A stretch of 49,207 bases of DNA from an uncultured Candidatus Saccharibacteria bacterium (GCA_964621395.1 CAZULS010000001.1:311106-360312); one strand, 5' to 3'. Shown: positions 9,286 to 19,915, counted from the first letter of the stretch. Notes: generated by a model not told the origin, from the letters alone. Numbers and translations are program-made.

Positions 9286-10182
9286 ATGGCAACATTGTAT
9301 ACGGAAGCAACACACAATACGCGCAAGACGTGGTTTCTCATGACCACGTTTTTGCTCGTGGTCATCGCCCTTGGCTGGGCTGTTTCGTGGTATATGGATA
9401 GCCCGAGCATTGTCTACGGTGTGGTGATTTTTGCGTTGGTGATGAATATTGCGAGCTATTGGTTTTCGGATAAAATCGTTCTCAAAATGGCCGGTGCGCG
9501 AAAAGCCTATAAAGAGCAGGACTGGGAGCTTATCACCACTGTGGAGAATCTCGCAATCACTGCAGGGCTTCCGGAGCCAAAAGTGTATGTGATTAACGAC
9601 CCGTCACCCAATGCCTTTGCCACCGGACGCAATCCCGAACATGCGGCTGTTGCTGCAACGACAGGTCTCCTTTCACTCCTTGATAAAAGCGAGCTTGAAG
9701 GTGTGATGGCACACGAGCTCGCCCATGTGAGAAATCGCGACACGCTTATCGGCACGGTCGTGGTTGTGTTGGTCGGTTTTGTGACGATTCTCGCTGATAT
9801 TTTTCTGCGATGGTCGTTTTGGGGTGGAGAGTCTGATCGGGGAGGCGATTCTCGTATTCGCGCGATTATGACGGTCGTTGCCATTGTCTTGGCGATTCTT
9901 GCGCCGGTGTTTGCCAAGCTTCTGCAGCTTGCCATTTCCCGCAAACGTGAATTTCTTGCCGATGCATCCGGGGCACTTCTCACGCGCTATCCCGAAGGAC
10001 TTGCCTCAGCGCTCCGCAAAATTGAAAGTGCCCACATTCCGCTCAAGCGTGCACAGCATGCTACAGCCCACCTCTATATCTCCAATCCCTTCAAAGACAC
10101 GAAGAAAGATTTCTTAGGTAAACTTTTCATGACTCATCCACCAACAAGCGAACGCGTCGCGGCACTTCTGGGAAATAAGTAA
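9286..10182 (+). CDS. htpX: Zinc metalloprotease HtpX (M48)
   Basis: PNAFATGRNP, ELEGVMAHELAH, ISRKREFLADA, THPP; start at ATG 9286. Confidence 0.96.
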   Translation: MATLYTEATHNTRKTWFLMTTFLLVVIALGWAVSWYMDSPSIVYGVVIFALVMNIASYWFSDKIVLKMAGARKAYKEQDWELITTVENLAITAGLPEPKVYVINDPSPNAFATGRNPEHAAVAATTGLLSLLDKSELEGVMAHELAHVRNRDTLIGTVVVVLVGFVTILADIFLRWSFWGGESDRGGDSRIRAIMTVVAIVLAILAPVFAKLLQLAISRKREFLADASGALLTRYPEGLASALRKIESAHIPLKRAQHATAHLYISNPFKDTKKDFLGKLFMTHPPTSERVAALLGNK

Positions 10183-10207
10183 GGTAAAACGAATGACAAG
10201 TGTCGGG

Positions 10208-10313
10208 TACGAAGTACGAATAAGTACGAACATACGAACACAAAGTATTGCGAGTATATTCGGTTCGGGAAATAACCCCCTCTTCGTATGTTCGTACTTA
10301 TTCGTAGTTCGTA
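10208..10313. repeat. 31-bp inverted repeat built of TACGAA units
   Basis: tacgaagtacgaataagtacgaacatacgaa ... ttcgtatgttcgtacttattcgtagttcgta. Confidence 0.85.
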
Positions 10314-10320
10314 ATCTTTT

Positions 10321-10962
10321 ATGCAAAAACAAATCTCACATAGAGGATGGGGTGCCTATACCCCAAAAGAAAACACGCGCGAAGCATTTCGTCGTGCTGA
10401 AGAAGCCGAAGAGGTGAACGGCGTGGAATTTGATGTGCGTTGGAGTAATGAACGTGCTGAGCCGGTCGTGTGCCATTGTTCGTGGCAGGAGAGAGATGCC
10501 GAGTCATTGGATGAGGTTCTCGCCTTTCTTGCCTCAGCACAAACAATGGATGTCGTACTTATTGAGCTCAAAGAATACTATCCGTTTTTCTGGGCAGAAA
10601 TAAAAAAACTTCTGGAATATTATCATCTTGTAGACAAGACAATTCTATTTGCATCTCCTCGTATTGCAAAAAAGTTCCCATGGGAAACACGCGAGCGCAT
10701 GCAACTCGGTGTTATTTCTATATATCCATGGCGCATACATCACTACGCCAAACTCAAACCCGCGAGCATTCTTTTTGGATACGATAAACTCATATGGAAA
10801 CAAATTCTTTTTCGTATTTTCTGGCGGGACGCATTTATTCGTCGTCTGTGTCGTATACATCCAAATATAAAATTCATCCTCGGCATTGCCCAGAATGAAA
10901 AGCATGTAGTGCATATCAATTCCCTTGAAGGGTTGTATGGGTATACGGTGGATAAGAAGTAG
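10321..10962 (+). CDS. Glycerophosphodiester phosphodiesterase-like protein
   Basis: SHRG...ENT...AF, GVEFDVR, PVVCH, IELK (GDPD motifs). Confidence 0.8.
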   Translation: MQKQISHRGWGAYTPKENTREAFRRAEEAEEVNGVEFDVRWSNERAEPVVCHCSWQERDAESLDEVLAFLASAQTMDVVLIELKEYYPFFWAEIKKLLEYYHLVDKTILFASPRIAKKFPWETRERMQLGVISIYPWRIHHYAKLKPASILFGYDKLIWKQILFRIFWRDAFIRRLCRIHPNIKFILGIAQNEKHVVHINSLEGLYGYTVDKK

Positions 10963-11010
10963 GAGAGCCTATATCATTGTAAGCAATGATCGGCCACGTT
11001 AGGAAATTAA

Positions 11011-11433
11011 TTACCAAAGAGTGCGCAAGTCAATTATTCTGTATTTTCCCAAAATAATGTTATCGAAGTCATGGCTGTATTGTTCCATGTTATTTGGCCA
11101 TTCTCTTCGAAACAAATCCTTGTCCTCTGTTGTGTTATATATTGCCTTTACTTTGAAATCAGAATATGTTTCAAGGGTTTCAGCGTAACAGTATCCTTTG
11201 AATTCAGAATAACCAGAACCAACTAGCTGATAGGAGAAGGAGTCTCTATTTTTTAAATAATCTATCTGTTCTTCTGCAAGATGTCTGCAGCCTTCTTTTA
11301 TTTTTAGTAGTTCAGAACCTGTTACTCTATAGGGAAGTTCTCTTTGTCTCTCGGTAAATAGGAACCAGAGAGCAAAGAGAACAGCAATTATTATAAGCAG
11401 AGGCTTCTTCTTGTTTTTTAGAGCCCAATTCAT
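11011..11433 (-). CDS. Hypothetical membrane-anchored protein
   Basis: 140 aa, N-terminal TM, AT-rich, downstream of tRNA-Ser. Confidence 0.65.
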   Translation of the reverse strand: MNWALKNKKKPLLIIIAVLFALWFLFTERQRELPYRVTGSELLKIKEGCRHLAEEQIDYLKNRDSFSYQLVGSGYSEFKGYCYAETLETYSDFKVKAIYNTTEDKDLFRREWPNNMEQYSHDFDNIILGKYRIIDLRTLW

Positions 11434-11470
11434 AAATTGATTTTACCATAACGATATCAAAAAACAAATT

Positions 11471-11641
11471 AGGAAGAGGGATTCTCTCCTTACAGGAGCA
11501 GTGCAGGTTTCCCATTTTTTCGGAGCAGAGCTCCTCAAAAATATGGGAGAACCTTTTCGAATCCCTCACGGAAGCCAAGCAGTTGGCTTCCTCCTCTCCG
11601 CCAAACAAAAATCGCATCCCAAAGTATGCTGATTTTTGAAT
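11471..11641 (-). other. tRNA-Ser 3' tail element with anti-tRNA segment
   Basis: On the minus strand after the tRNA: hairpin, tggcggagagg-a-[ggaagccaactgcttggcttcc]-gt-gagggattcgaa, stem-loop body, then a sense copy gaatccctc. Confidence 0.75.
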
Positions 11642-11731
<90 letters not shown>

Positions 11732-11784
11732 GTATGTATTTAATTACGTAATTAATTATATAATAAATTATATAATTAATTATT

Positions 11785-11981
11785 TAGAACCAGTCTCACT
11801 GAAAACGTTGAAAAATAAGGGAAACATATTCAAGAGCTGCGCTTGGCAGTTCTCACGCCCAAACAGCGGCTGCGCCTTGTCGCTCAACCGCACCGCACGA
11901 GAGTGCGGCGCGGTCTCCGCGACATCGGCTCGCTCGCTGTTTGGGCGTGAGAACAAGCCATTTTCAGTGAGACTGGTTCTA
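11785..11981 (-). mobile_element. 197-bp MITE-like structured element, copy 2
   Basis: Same TIRs and TA flanks as 3999-4195. Confidence 0.9.
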
Positions 11982-12074
11982 ATTTTTTCTTTCCCAATTT
12001 TCTTTCGCCCGTATATCATACCTTTTTTGAATAATATGTCCATATAGCTACTCTTTCTGCTATACTAAGTGTAT

Positions 12075-12578
12075 ATGAACACCATTACAATCATTCTTGG
12101 GACGGCGCGGGAGAATAATGCCACTGGGCGCATTGCCGATATTGTGCGCTCGCATGTTGCGGAAAAGGGCTTCACTGTCATTTTTGTAGACATAAAAGAC
12201 TTTCTTTTTGGGAAAACAATGACGCTCACGGATAACGCTGAGGAGATTAATTCATGGGTAGATATTGTTACGAAGTCCGACGGTTTTCTTTTCGTAGTGC
12301 CGGAATATAATCACTCGTATCCGGGCGAATTGAAAATCCTTCTCGACTCACTGACAAAAGAATATGCCGGAAAGACGGCGGGAATTGTGAGTACGTCGGC
12401 GGGGAATTATGCCGGTGTGCGTATGGTGGATTCGCTCAAAATGCTTCTTCATTTGCTCGGCTTCCGCCTCGCAAACCGAAGTGTGAATGTCGGTAATATC
12501 CAAGAAGACATCGACAAAGACCGCATCACAAAACACCTTGATACGGTGTTGGAGGAGATGGATAATATGAAAAAATAA
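12075..12578 (+). CDS. NADPH-dependent FMN reductase
   Basis: ILGTAR, DGFLFVVPEYNHSYPGELK, GKTAGIV. Confidence 0.9.
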   Translation: MNTITIILGTARENNATGRIADIVRSHVAEKGFTVIFVDIKDFLFGKTMTLTDNAEEINSWVDIVTKSDGFLFVVPEYNHSYPGELKILLDSLTKEYAGKTAGIVSTSAGNYAGVRMVDSLKMLLHLLGFRLANRSVNVGNIQEDIDKDRITKHLDTVLEEMDNMKK

Positions 12579-12579
12579 T

Positions 12580-13179
12580 ATGGCAGTTGTCTGTGTATTC
12601 GGAGACAGCACCGCATGGGGTGCGTATGATATGGAAAAAGGCGGATGGGTCGAACGACTCAAGCTTTTTGCGTTTGAAGAGAATCAGGAGGAATCGTTTG
12701 TATATAATCTTGGTGTAGCGGGGGGAACGTCTGGAGACATCTTAGAACGATTTGAGTCCGAGGCGCATATACGGGAAGTGGAAGCTCTTGTCTTCCAAAT
12801 GGGAGGAAACGACTCAGCATATCTTAAGGACTCAAAGAAAGAAATGGTTCCACTCGATCAGTTTAAAAGTAACGTGGAAAGTATTATCACGAAAGCAAAG
12901 AACATGGTTGGAAAAGAGAACGTTGTTTTTGTCGGATTTAAAAATTGCGATGAATCAAAAACTGTCCCCGTGCATTGGTGCGATTGGTGTTATACCAATG
13001 AACGTATTAAAACGTACAACAACACATTGGCACAATTATGTGAGAGAAACGAAATAACATTTGTGGATTTATTCGGTCTGCTTTCTGCCGACGAGCTTGC
13101 GGACGGTTTACATCCCGATACACGAGGACATGAGAAGATTTTTCATCATGTGAAGGAATATATTGAACCGCTTTTGTGA
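12580..13179 (+). CDS. SGNH/GDSL hydrolase
   Basis: FGDS, YNLGVAG, GGND, DGLHP. Confidence 0.93.
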   Translation: MAVVCVFGDSTAWGAYDMEKGGWVERLKLFAFEENQEESFVYNLGVAGGTSGDILERFESEAHIREVEALVFQMGGNDSAYLKDSKKEMVPLDQFKSNVESIITKAKNMVGKENVVFVGFKNCDESKTVPVHWCDWCYTNERIKTYNNTLAQLCERNEITFVDLFGLLSADELADGLHPDTRGHEKIFHHVKEYIEPLL

Positions 13180-13193
13180 TATACTCAGTTCAT

Positions 13194-13577
13194 ATGAAAA
13201 CAATACTTGTTGATGCGTGGCATACGTTTGTTACTGAGGACGGTGTATTTGATGAAATGCAGGAATTGCTTGATTCATTTCCTCATACAAAAATTATTCT
13301 CACAAATGCCAATGATGAAGAGATGATGAAGTTCGGCATTGTTGATATGCCGTATGAAGTGTTTACACTCAAGCACGAACCAAATAAAACCGATCCGGTG
13401 TATTACACGACTATGCTGGAACATTTTGATCTTACTCCAGAAGACGTGGTGTACTTCGAGCACAATGAAGAAGCGGTAAAGAGCGCACAATCTGTGGGCA
13501 TTACCACATATCATTATGATAAAGATGAAAAAGACCTGGACGCTTTGAAAGATTTTCTCATGGAACAGCTCGCGTAG
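13194..13577 (+). CDS. HAD-superfamily hydrolase (cap-less)
   Basis: ILVDAWHT, ILTNAN, PNKTDP, VYFEH...AQSVGI. Confidence 0.8.
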   Translation: MKTILVDAWHTFVTEDGVFDEMQELLDSFPHTKIILTNANDEEMMKFGIVDMPYEVFTLKHEPNKTDPVYYTTMLEHFDLTPEDVVYFEHNEEAVKSAQSVGITTYHYDKDEKDLDALKDFLMEQLA

Positions 13578-13646
13578 GGGAGAATAAAAAAGACCGCGCG
13601 GCCCCACGTCGCTGAAGTTTTGTGGGGTGAAGCGCGGTTTTTGTGT

Positions 13647-13847
13647 TCAATTACTCTCGCCTTCTCCCTGTATGAGAAGAGAGTAGGGAGTTTCTTTTTC
13701 TTCTGTGTGGACCCTGAAAGCATTAAAGATACCCTGAAGCAATTTTTTATCCCGGACGTGAAAAAGGACACCTCCGAGCATTGCTTTTATCATGGCATCA
13801 TATATTTTTTCAGGTCCCAGAACGTATGACAAAAAATAATGTTCCAT
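13647..13847 (-). CDS. Small hypothetical protein
   Basis: 66 aa from ATG 13847, ending at a shared terminator; no motif. Confidence 0.35.
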   Translation of the reverse strand: MEHYFLSYVLGPEKIYDAMIKAMLGGVLFHVRDKKLLQGIFNAFRVHTEEKETPYSLLIQGEGESN

Positions 13848-14170
13848 GGTTGGTTTTTTTAATTTAACTCTTCTTTGGGGAAACATGTTCCCCAAGAGTT
13901 TGCGCACGTACAGTTTTTACACACATCTGTACAAATGCAAACATATTTTTCGTAGAAATAATCCTTGAAACCTGGGCAGAAAGATTCTGCCACGTTAAGA
14001 TATTCTCTGATGATTTCTTTAATGTTGTTTTCCATAAGAACAGATTTCAGAGTTATTGGATACTGTAAATTATGCTGGAACCTTTATATCAGAATGCTTG
14101 CAAAAAGTCAAGGGGTATGGTATGGTTCTGGAGAATTGTTCTTGTTTTCCTTAATTTTAACCTCAGAATC

Positions 14171-14398
14171 ATGCTAAATTCATTCCCCTGGAATAGGGAA
14201 AGGGTGGGAAAGGCATCGCCGCTTCTCACTGTTGGTGTCTTAATGATAGCTACGTTCTCCTCGCTCAGCTACGCTGCTTTGTCGGCAATACACGAACGAG
14301 GAAAACGGAAAAGAAAAGAAAGGGAAGAATCGGGCGGCGTGACTTACGAAATGTGTGGGCTCGGGAGCACCACCTCCCCGCTTGATGGGAGTATGTAA
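14171..14398 (+). CDS. Small hypothetical membrane protein
   Basis: 75 aa, one TM helix plus basic tail, followed by hairpin acgaacctc...gaggttcgt-T tract. Confidence 0.45.
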   Translation: MLNSFPWNRERVGKASPLLTVGVLMIATFSSLSYAALSAIHERGKRKRKEREESGGVTYEMCGLGSTTSPLDGSM

Positions 14399-14570
14399 TT
14401 TTTACCCCTTACTCCGAAACTTCATTATACGAACCTCATGACGAGGTTCGTTTTTTTGTGTTTAGATCCCATGCCACCTACTTTATCAAGGATCCATCGG
14501 GGCAGGAAACTACTCTTTTCCTATAAGCTACAAGCTATCAGCCATAAGCTCCATATGCTATACTTCCCTC

Positions 14571-15926
14571 ATGTCAAAAGTAGAGAATAAGGGGAAAACG
14601 AAGAAGGGTGCGGGGGCAGAGGCTTCTGCCACCGCGCCCAACCACACACATGCCGGGTACGAATATGTGAAGACGGTTGAGGGAATAGCGGAGTATCGTC
14701 TCAAAAAGAATGGTCTCACGGTGTTGGTGAAAGAAGACAATACCGCACCGGTTGCGACGGTGACGGTCACGTACCGTGCAGGATCATCACATGAAGTACT
14801 CGGACACACCGGCGTGGCACATATGCTTGAGCACATGATGTTTAAGGAGTCGGAAAATTTCCGCCGGAAAGATAAGCGTAATCTCAAGTACATGCTCGAT
14901 AAACGAGGAGCAATTCTCAATGCAAGTACCGGATATGATCGCACGAAATATTATGAATGTATTGGGGTTGAACATGTGGAAACAGCCATTGCGCTTGAGG
15001 CGGATCGCATGCGTCGCGCTATTATAGAAGATAAAGAATTGCAGCCTGAGAAAGTGGTAGTGCGAAATGAATATGAAATAGGTCACAATGATCCGTTTTG
15101 GGTTCTCTATTATGAAATGATGTCTGCTGCGTTTAGAGTTTTTCCGTATCATCATCCCATTATTGGTTGGCTTTCCGATATTAAGGGATATACGGTAGAA
15201 GAATTACAGACGTTTTATGATACCTACTATCATCCGAATAATGCGACGGTGTCGGTTATCGGAAATCTTCCCGAAAAAGAGGTACTTAATCTCATCAGGG
15301 TACACTTCGGTATGTATGAGGTGGAGAAAAAAACATCCCCGGATATCCTTACCGAAGAACCAGCACAAGAGGGGGAAATCCGTATTCGTATAAAACGTCC
15401 GGGGAGTATGAATGTTGTCGGTATCGGACATAAAAAGCCGGGGGCTTCTCACAAAGATGTGCCCGCATTACTCGCGCTCTCAGCAATTCTCATCGACGGA
15501 AAATCAAGCATGCTTCATCGTGCACTCATTGATACTGGCATGGCAACGACTATTGATTGGGACAATGATCCAACCAGGTATGAGAGCTTATTTAATGTGT
15601 TTGTGGTGCTTGCTCCTGGTATTGCTCATGAGGATGTAGAGCGTGTTGTGAAAGATGCATATGCACATATTGCAAAGAAGGGAATATCAGAAGAAGTACT
15701 TGAACGTGCCAAGGCACGACTGAAGGCGAAATACGCGTTTGAAATGGATGGAACGCTTGGGCTGTCTGATACTGTGTCTGAAGCGGCGGCTGTCGGCGAC
15801 TGGACGCTCGCTTTCTCACTTCCGGAGCGCATTGCCGATGTTTCAGCACGTGATGTGAAGCGCGTGGCGAAGAAATATCTGAAAGATGATACGTGCACGG
15901 TTGGCTATTATGAAGCGATAACATAA
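14571..15926 (+). CDS. M16 family zinc peptidase (catalytic subunit)
   Basis: TGVAHMLEHMMFK (HxxEH), NASTGYDRT, FYDTYYHPNNA. Confidence 0.95.
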   Translation: MSKVENKGKTKKGAGAEASATAPNHTHAGYEYVKTVEGIAEYRLKKNGLTVLVKEDNTAPVATVTVTYRAGSSHEVLGHTGVAHMLEHMMFKESENFRRKDKRNLKYMLDKRGAILNASTGYDRTKYYECIGVEHVETAIALEADRMRRAIIEDKELQPEKVVVRNEYEIGHNDPFWVLYYEMMSAAFRVFPYHHPIIGWLSDIKGYTVEELQTFYDTYYHPNNATVSVIGNLPEKEVLNLIRVHFGMYEVEKKTSPDILTEEPAQEGEIRIRIKRPGSMNVVGIGHKKPGASHKDVPALLALSAILIDGKSSMLHRALIDTGMATTIDWDNDPTRYESLFNVFVVLAPGIAHEDVERVVKDAYAHIAKKGISEEVLERAKARLKAKYAFEMDGTLGLSDTVSEAAAVGDWTLAFSLPERIADVSARDVKRVAKKYLKDDTCTVGYYEAIT

Positions 15927-15931
15927 ACCAT

Positions 15932-17230
15932 ATGCAATTTTTTTCACAACGCATGACAACCACGGAGTCTGGCGGTATCACTTGCATGGCAATACCGGTG
16001 CCCGGAAGTGATGCTGTTACAATCATGGGCAGTTTTCCTGCCGGAAAAATATATGGCATGGATGTGCATCCGTTTGTGGCACATATGACGGTGCGCATGC
16101 TCGAGGAGGGGACGGAGGAGAAGACAAAAGACGAGCTTTCTGAAGCATTGGAAGCAAAGGGTGCGGACGTGTCATTTGAGAGCGATATACTCCACGCGCG
16201 ATTCACACTAAAGTGTTTGAAAGAAGACGTGAAAGACGTGCTTGATATTGTTGTCGATATGCTTGAGAGGCCGCGTTTTGCTGTGAATTCATTCGATTAT
16301 ATGAAAAAGCGTGTGGCAGCTGAGCTTACAGCCGAAAGCGATGATCCAGCAGCCGTGGGGAAGCGTGCGCTTACGAGAACGCTGTATTCGGAGAATCATC
16401 CACTGCATCTTTTGGCACACAAGGATGCCGCCCGATCACTGGAAACACTTTCTCTTAAAATGGTGAAGGAGTTTCATACGACACATTACGGTCGCGGAGC
16501 GCTTCGCATTGCTATTGTGGGAGACATTGAAGGAGGAGAGGTGAGTAGAGTGGTCCATGATGTGTTTGGTCGTCTGGAGGAGAGAACAGTAACAACACCT
16601 GTTGTCCCGGAACCGCTATCACGATATGAAAAGAATGTCATGCGTATTGCCGGTAAAGAGTCAGCGGTCTTTTTTGTGGGTGCACCGCTCAGTGTTGGTC
16701 CGTGGGACGAAGAATATGATGCATTGAAATTTGGTTTAGATGTTTTGGGTGGTGGTATTTTTGCAAACCGCCTTCATGAAGAAGTACGTGAGAAAAAAGG
16801 GCTGACATACCACACACGTATGCGGGTAGACGGTTTTGATGGACGCATGTACGGCTATTGGTATGCATACGGTTTTTTCCCACCACGGTCACTCAAAGAA
16901 GGAGAAGGTGCTATTCTTGAAGAGATTGAAAAACTTGTGAATGATGACGGTATAACACTTGTGGAATCCGAAGAGAAGAAAATAGAGCTTACCGGGCGCT
17001 TTCCCGTGATGTTTGACCGACGAGAAACATTTGCCGCACTTGCCTTGAAAGCGTCTGAGCAAGGGCTTCCCGATACCTATTGGGATGAGTATGCGGAGCG
17101 CATCAATAATCTCACGCGTAAGGAGGTGAATGATGCGTTGAGAAAACATATTAATCCAAGACGTTTGGGGAAGGTTGTGGCTGGAGATGTTGAGAAGAAG
17201 AAAAAATCAGAGAAAAGTAAGAAACGATGA
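15932..17230 (+). CDS. M16 family peptidase (non-catalytic partner)
   Basis: No HxxEH; RLHEEVREKKGLTY motif; directly downstream of the catalytic subunit. Confidence 0.9.
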   Translation: MQFFSQRMTTTESGGITCMAIPVPGSDAVTIMGSFPAGKIYGMDVHPFVAHMTVRMLEEGTEEKTKDELSEALEAKGADVSFESDILHARFTLKCLKEDVKDVLDIVVDMLERPRFAVNSFDYMKKRVAAELTAESDDPAAVGKRALTRTLYSENHPLHLLAHKDAARSLETLSLKMVKEFHTTHYGRGALRIAIVGDIEGGEVSRVVHDVFGRLEERTVTTPVVPEPLSRYEKNVMRIAGKESAVFFVGAPLSVGPWDEEYDALKFGLDVLGGGIFANRLHEEVREKKGLTYHTRMRVDGFDGRMYGYWYAYGFFPPRSLKEGEGAILEEIEKLVNDDGITLVESEEKKIELTGRFPVMFDRRETFAALALKASEQGLPDTYWDEYAERINNLTRKEVNDALRKHINPRRLGKVVAGDVEKKKKSEKSKKR

Positions 17231-17533
17231 ACGGCCCTAAAGCACGACAAGTCGTGCTCGGGCACGGTAGGAGATTAATGATTAGGAAATTAAAAATTAA
17301 AGTAAAACGCGATGTTTGCCTTCGGCAAACATCGCGCTTTCTTTTGAGGGAAGGGGAAGGGAGGAAATGCTACGCAGAAGAAAAAAATGTTTGTCAAAAG
17401 TGTTGAGAGGTAATGGTGGATATCGCGCGCGGTCTTTACAGACCGCGCGCGATATTTTTAAGTGTAGTCTTTATACGGTTTTCCACAGCACTCCTCTCCG
17501 TTGCTCGGGTTAAAATGGTGGTGCACATTTTAT

Positions 17534-17622
17534 TTTACTGTGGCCGACGAGTCCCGCCCTTTTGGCGGCATGCCGCCAAAAGGGCGGGACTCGTTTAGGC
17601 TCGTTAATAGTTAATCGTTTAT
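17534..17622 (+). promoter_or_regulatory. 89-nt structured leader element shared with groES
   Basis: tttactgtggccgacgag[palindrome]ctcgtttaggctcgttaatagttaatcgtttat. Confidence 0.75.
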
Positions 17623-17632
17623 CGTTTTTAGC

Positions 17633-19915
17633 ATGGTAAAAGGATCTGTAACCACGAAAAAGACTTCCGAATTGTTTACGCAGATTCGGAAGCGCGACGG
17701 GGAAATTTTTCCGTTTGATATTACTCACATTTCAAACGCCGTCGGAAAAGCAATGAAGAAAACAGGGGAAGGGGATGAATTTGAAGCATATCGTATCGCT
17801 GAAAAGGTTGTACAAGAATTGTACAAGATACACATGAAAGACAAGGGATACATTCCCGACGTGGAAGAAGTGCAAGATGTCGTGGAACGTGAGCTCATTT
17901 GGGAAGATTTTGCTGCGACAGCCAAAGCATATATTCTGTACCGTGAAAAGCGTGCCCAAGAGCGACGTAAGAAAGGAGCGGTCCCGGAGCATGTGAAAAA
18001 GCTGACAAAAGAATCAAGTGCGTACTTCCGTAATCAGCTTGCCGAGTTTGTCTTCTACCGCACATATGCACGCTGGATTGAAGAAGAGGGGCGCCGTGAG
18101 ACATGGATTGAAACCGTTGATCGCTACATGGCGTTTATGAAAAAGAATCTCGGAAGCAAGCTCTCCGCGAAGGATTTTAAGCGAGTGCGCGAAGCAATAC
18201 TCAAGCAGGAAGCAATGCCCTCCATGCGACTTTTGCAATTTGCAGGCACTCCCGCCGAGCGCACGAATGTGTGTGCATACAACTGCTCGTATATTACGCC
18301 AACACGTGCGGAAGATTTCGGTGAAGCGATGTATGTCCTTATGTGCGGTTCGGGCTTGGGTTTTTCTGTGGAGAGTAAGTATGTGCACCAGCTGCCACAG
18401 ATCAAGGAACAAAACGGGAAGAAGACAAAGACATTTGTTATCCCCGATACGAAGGAAGGATGGGCCGACGCACTCACACACGGTATCAAAACGTGGTATT
18501 CCGGAAAAGATGTGGAGTTTGATTATTCCGAGCTCCGTCCTGCAGGTGCCAGGCTGAAGACGATGGGCGGACGTTCATCAGGACCGGAGCCCTTGCGCAA
18601 TGTTCTTGCCTTTACTCGGGAAAAGATTTTGAAAAAACAAGGGCGCCGACTTTCCAATATCGATGTGCATGACATTCTCTGTAAGATTGGCGAGGTAGTG
18701 GTTGCCGGCGGTGTACGCAGAAGCGCTCTCATTTCACTCTCCGATCTCGACGATGCTGACATGCGCGATGCAAAGCATGGGCAATTTTACTACACCGAAC
18801 CGCAGCGCGTCATGGCAAACAACTCCGCCGTGTATACGGAAAAGCCTTCCAATGAAGATTTCATGGACGAATGGGTGGCGCTCATGAAAAGCGGATCCGG
18901 AGAGCGTGGTATCTTCAACCGCGATGCTCTGAAGACGTCTTTACCGGAGCGCCGTCTGACATTCTTGGAAGGAAAAGTGAATGACTTGGGAAGCAATCCG
19001 TGTGGAGAAATTGTACTCCAGCCGCACCAATTTTGTAATCTCTCCGAGGTGGTGGCGCGTGCCGAAGACACTGAAGAGACGTTGCTCGAAAAAGCGCGCG
19101 TTGCGACGATTCTTGGGACCTATCAGGCAACACTAACAAATTTCGGATATCTATCAAAACAATGGCAAAAGAATTGTTCAGCGGAAAGTTTGGTCGGAGT
19201 GTCAATCACCGGCCAGTGGGACAGCAGCGTTGTGCGGAAAGAAGAAGTTCTCAAAAAACTCAAGAAAGAGGTACTTAAAACAAACCGCACTTATGCCAAG
19301 AAATTCGCGATCAATCCGGCAACATGTGCCACGACGGTAAAACCTTCGGGAACCGTCTCCCAACTGGTGGATTCCGCTTCAGGTATGCATCCACGCCATG
19401 CGCAATATTATATCCGCCGTGTACGCATTGCTGCAAGCGATCCACTTTTCTCAATGATGAAAAATCAGGGTATTCCGTGCAAGCCGGAAGTGGGGCAATC
19501 AATAAACGACGCCAACACGTTTGTCCTCGAATTTCCAATCAAATCACCAAAAGGGTCGGTGTATAAGAACGACCTCTCTGCTATTGAGCAGCTTGAGCAT
19601 TGGAAGAAACTCAAGCTCAATTACACCGAGCATAATCCGTCGGTGACCATTTCCGTCGGTGAAGATGAATGGATCGCCGTTGCCAACTGGGTGTATGCCA
19701 ATTGGATAATCGTCGGCGGACTGGCATTTCTGCCGCGTGACAATCACGTCTACCAGCTGGCGCCGTATGAAACGATTGATAAAAAACGATATGATGAGCT
19801 TGTCAAGGACCTCGGTACGATAGATTTTTCTGAAATTGTTCTCTATGAAAAACATGATGCGACAGAGGTAAAAAAAGAGCTCGCATGTGCCGGAGGAACG
19901 TGTGAGATTGTGTAG
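17633..19915 (+). CDS. nrdJ: Class II (B12-dependent, RTPR-like) ribonucleotide reductase with N-terminal ATP cone
   Basis: IRKRDG ATP cone, GGVRRSALI, NPCGEI...FCNL, TVKPSGT, C-terminal ELACAGGTCE; no nrdB nearby. Confidence 0.92.
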   Translation: MVKGSVTTKKTSELFTQIRKRDGEIFPFDITHISNAVGKAMKKTGEGDEFEAYRIAEKVVQELYKIHMKDKGYIPDVEEVQDVVERELIWEDFAATAKAYILYREKRAQERRKKGAVPEHVKKLTKESSAYFRNQLAEFVFYRTYARWIEEEGRRETWIETVDRYMAFMKKNLGSKLSAKDFKRVREAILKQEAMPSMRLLQFAGTPAERTNVCAYNCSYITPTRAEDFGEAMYVLMCGSGLGFSVESKYVHQLPQIKEQNGKKTKTFVIPDTKEGWADALTHGIKTWYSGKDVEFDYSELRPAGARLKTMGGRSSGPEPLRNVLAFTREKILKKQGRRLSNIDVHDILCKIGEVVVAGGVRRSALISLSDLDDADMRDAKHGQFYYTEPQRVMANNSAVYTEKPSNEDFMDEWVALMKSGSGERGIFNRDALKTSLPERRLTFLEGKVNDLGSNPCGEIVLQPHQFCNLSEVVARAEDTEETLLEKARVATILGTYQATLTNFGYLSKQWQKNCSAESLVGVSITGQWDSSVVRKEEVLKKLKKEVLKTNRTYAKKFAINPATCATTVKPSGTVSQLVDSASGMHPRHAQYYIRRVRIAASDPLFSMMKNQGIPCKPEVGQSINDANTFVLEFPIKSPKGSVYKNDLSAIEQLEHWKKLKLNYTEHNPSVTISVGEDEWIAVANWVYANWIIVGGLAFLPRDNHVYQLAPYETIDKKRYDELVKDLGTIDFSEIVLYEKHDATEVKKELACAGGTCEIV

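Noticed and set aside
17230-17633. Cobalamin riboswitch or NrdR boxes upstream of nrdJ
   Set aside because: No recognisable B12-box or NrdR consensus by eye; an Rfam scan would settle it.
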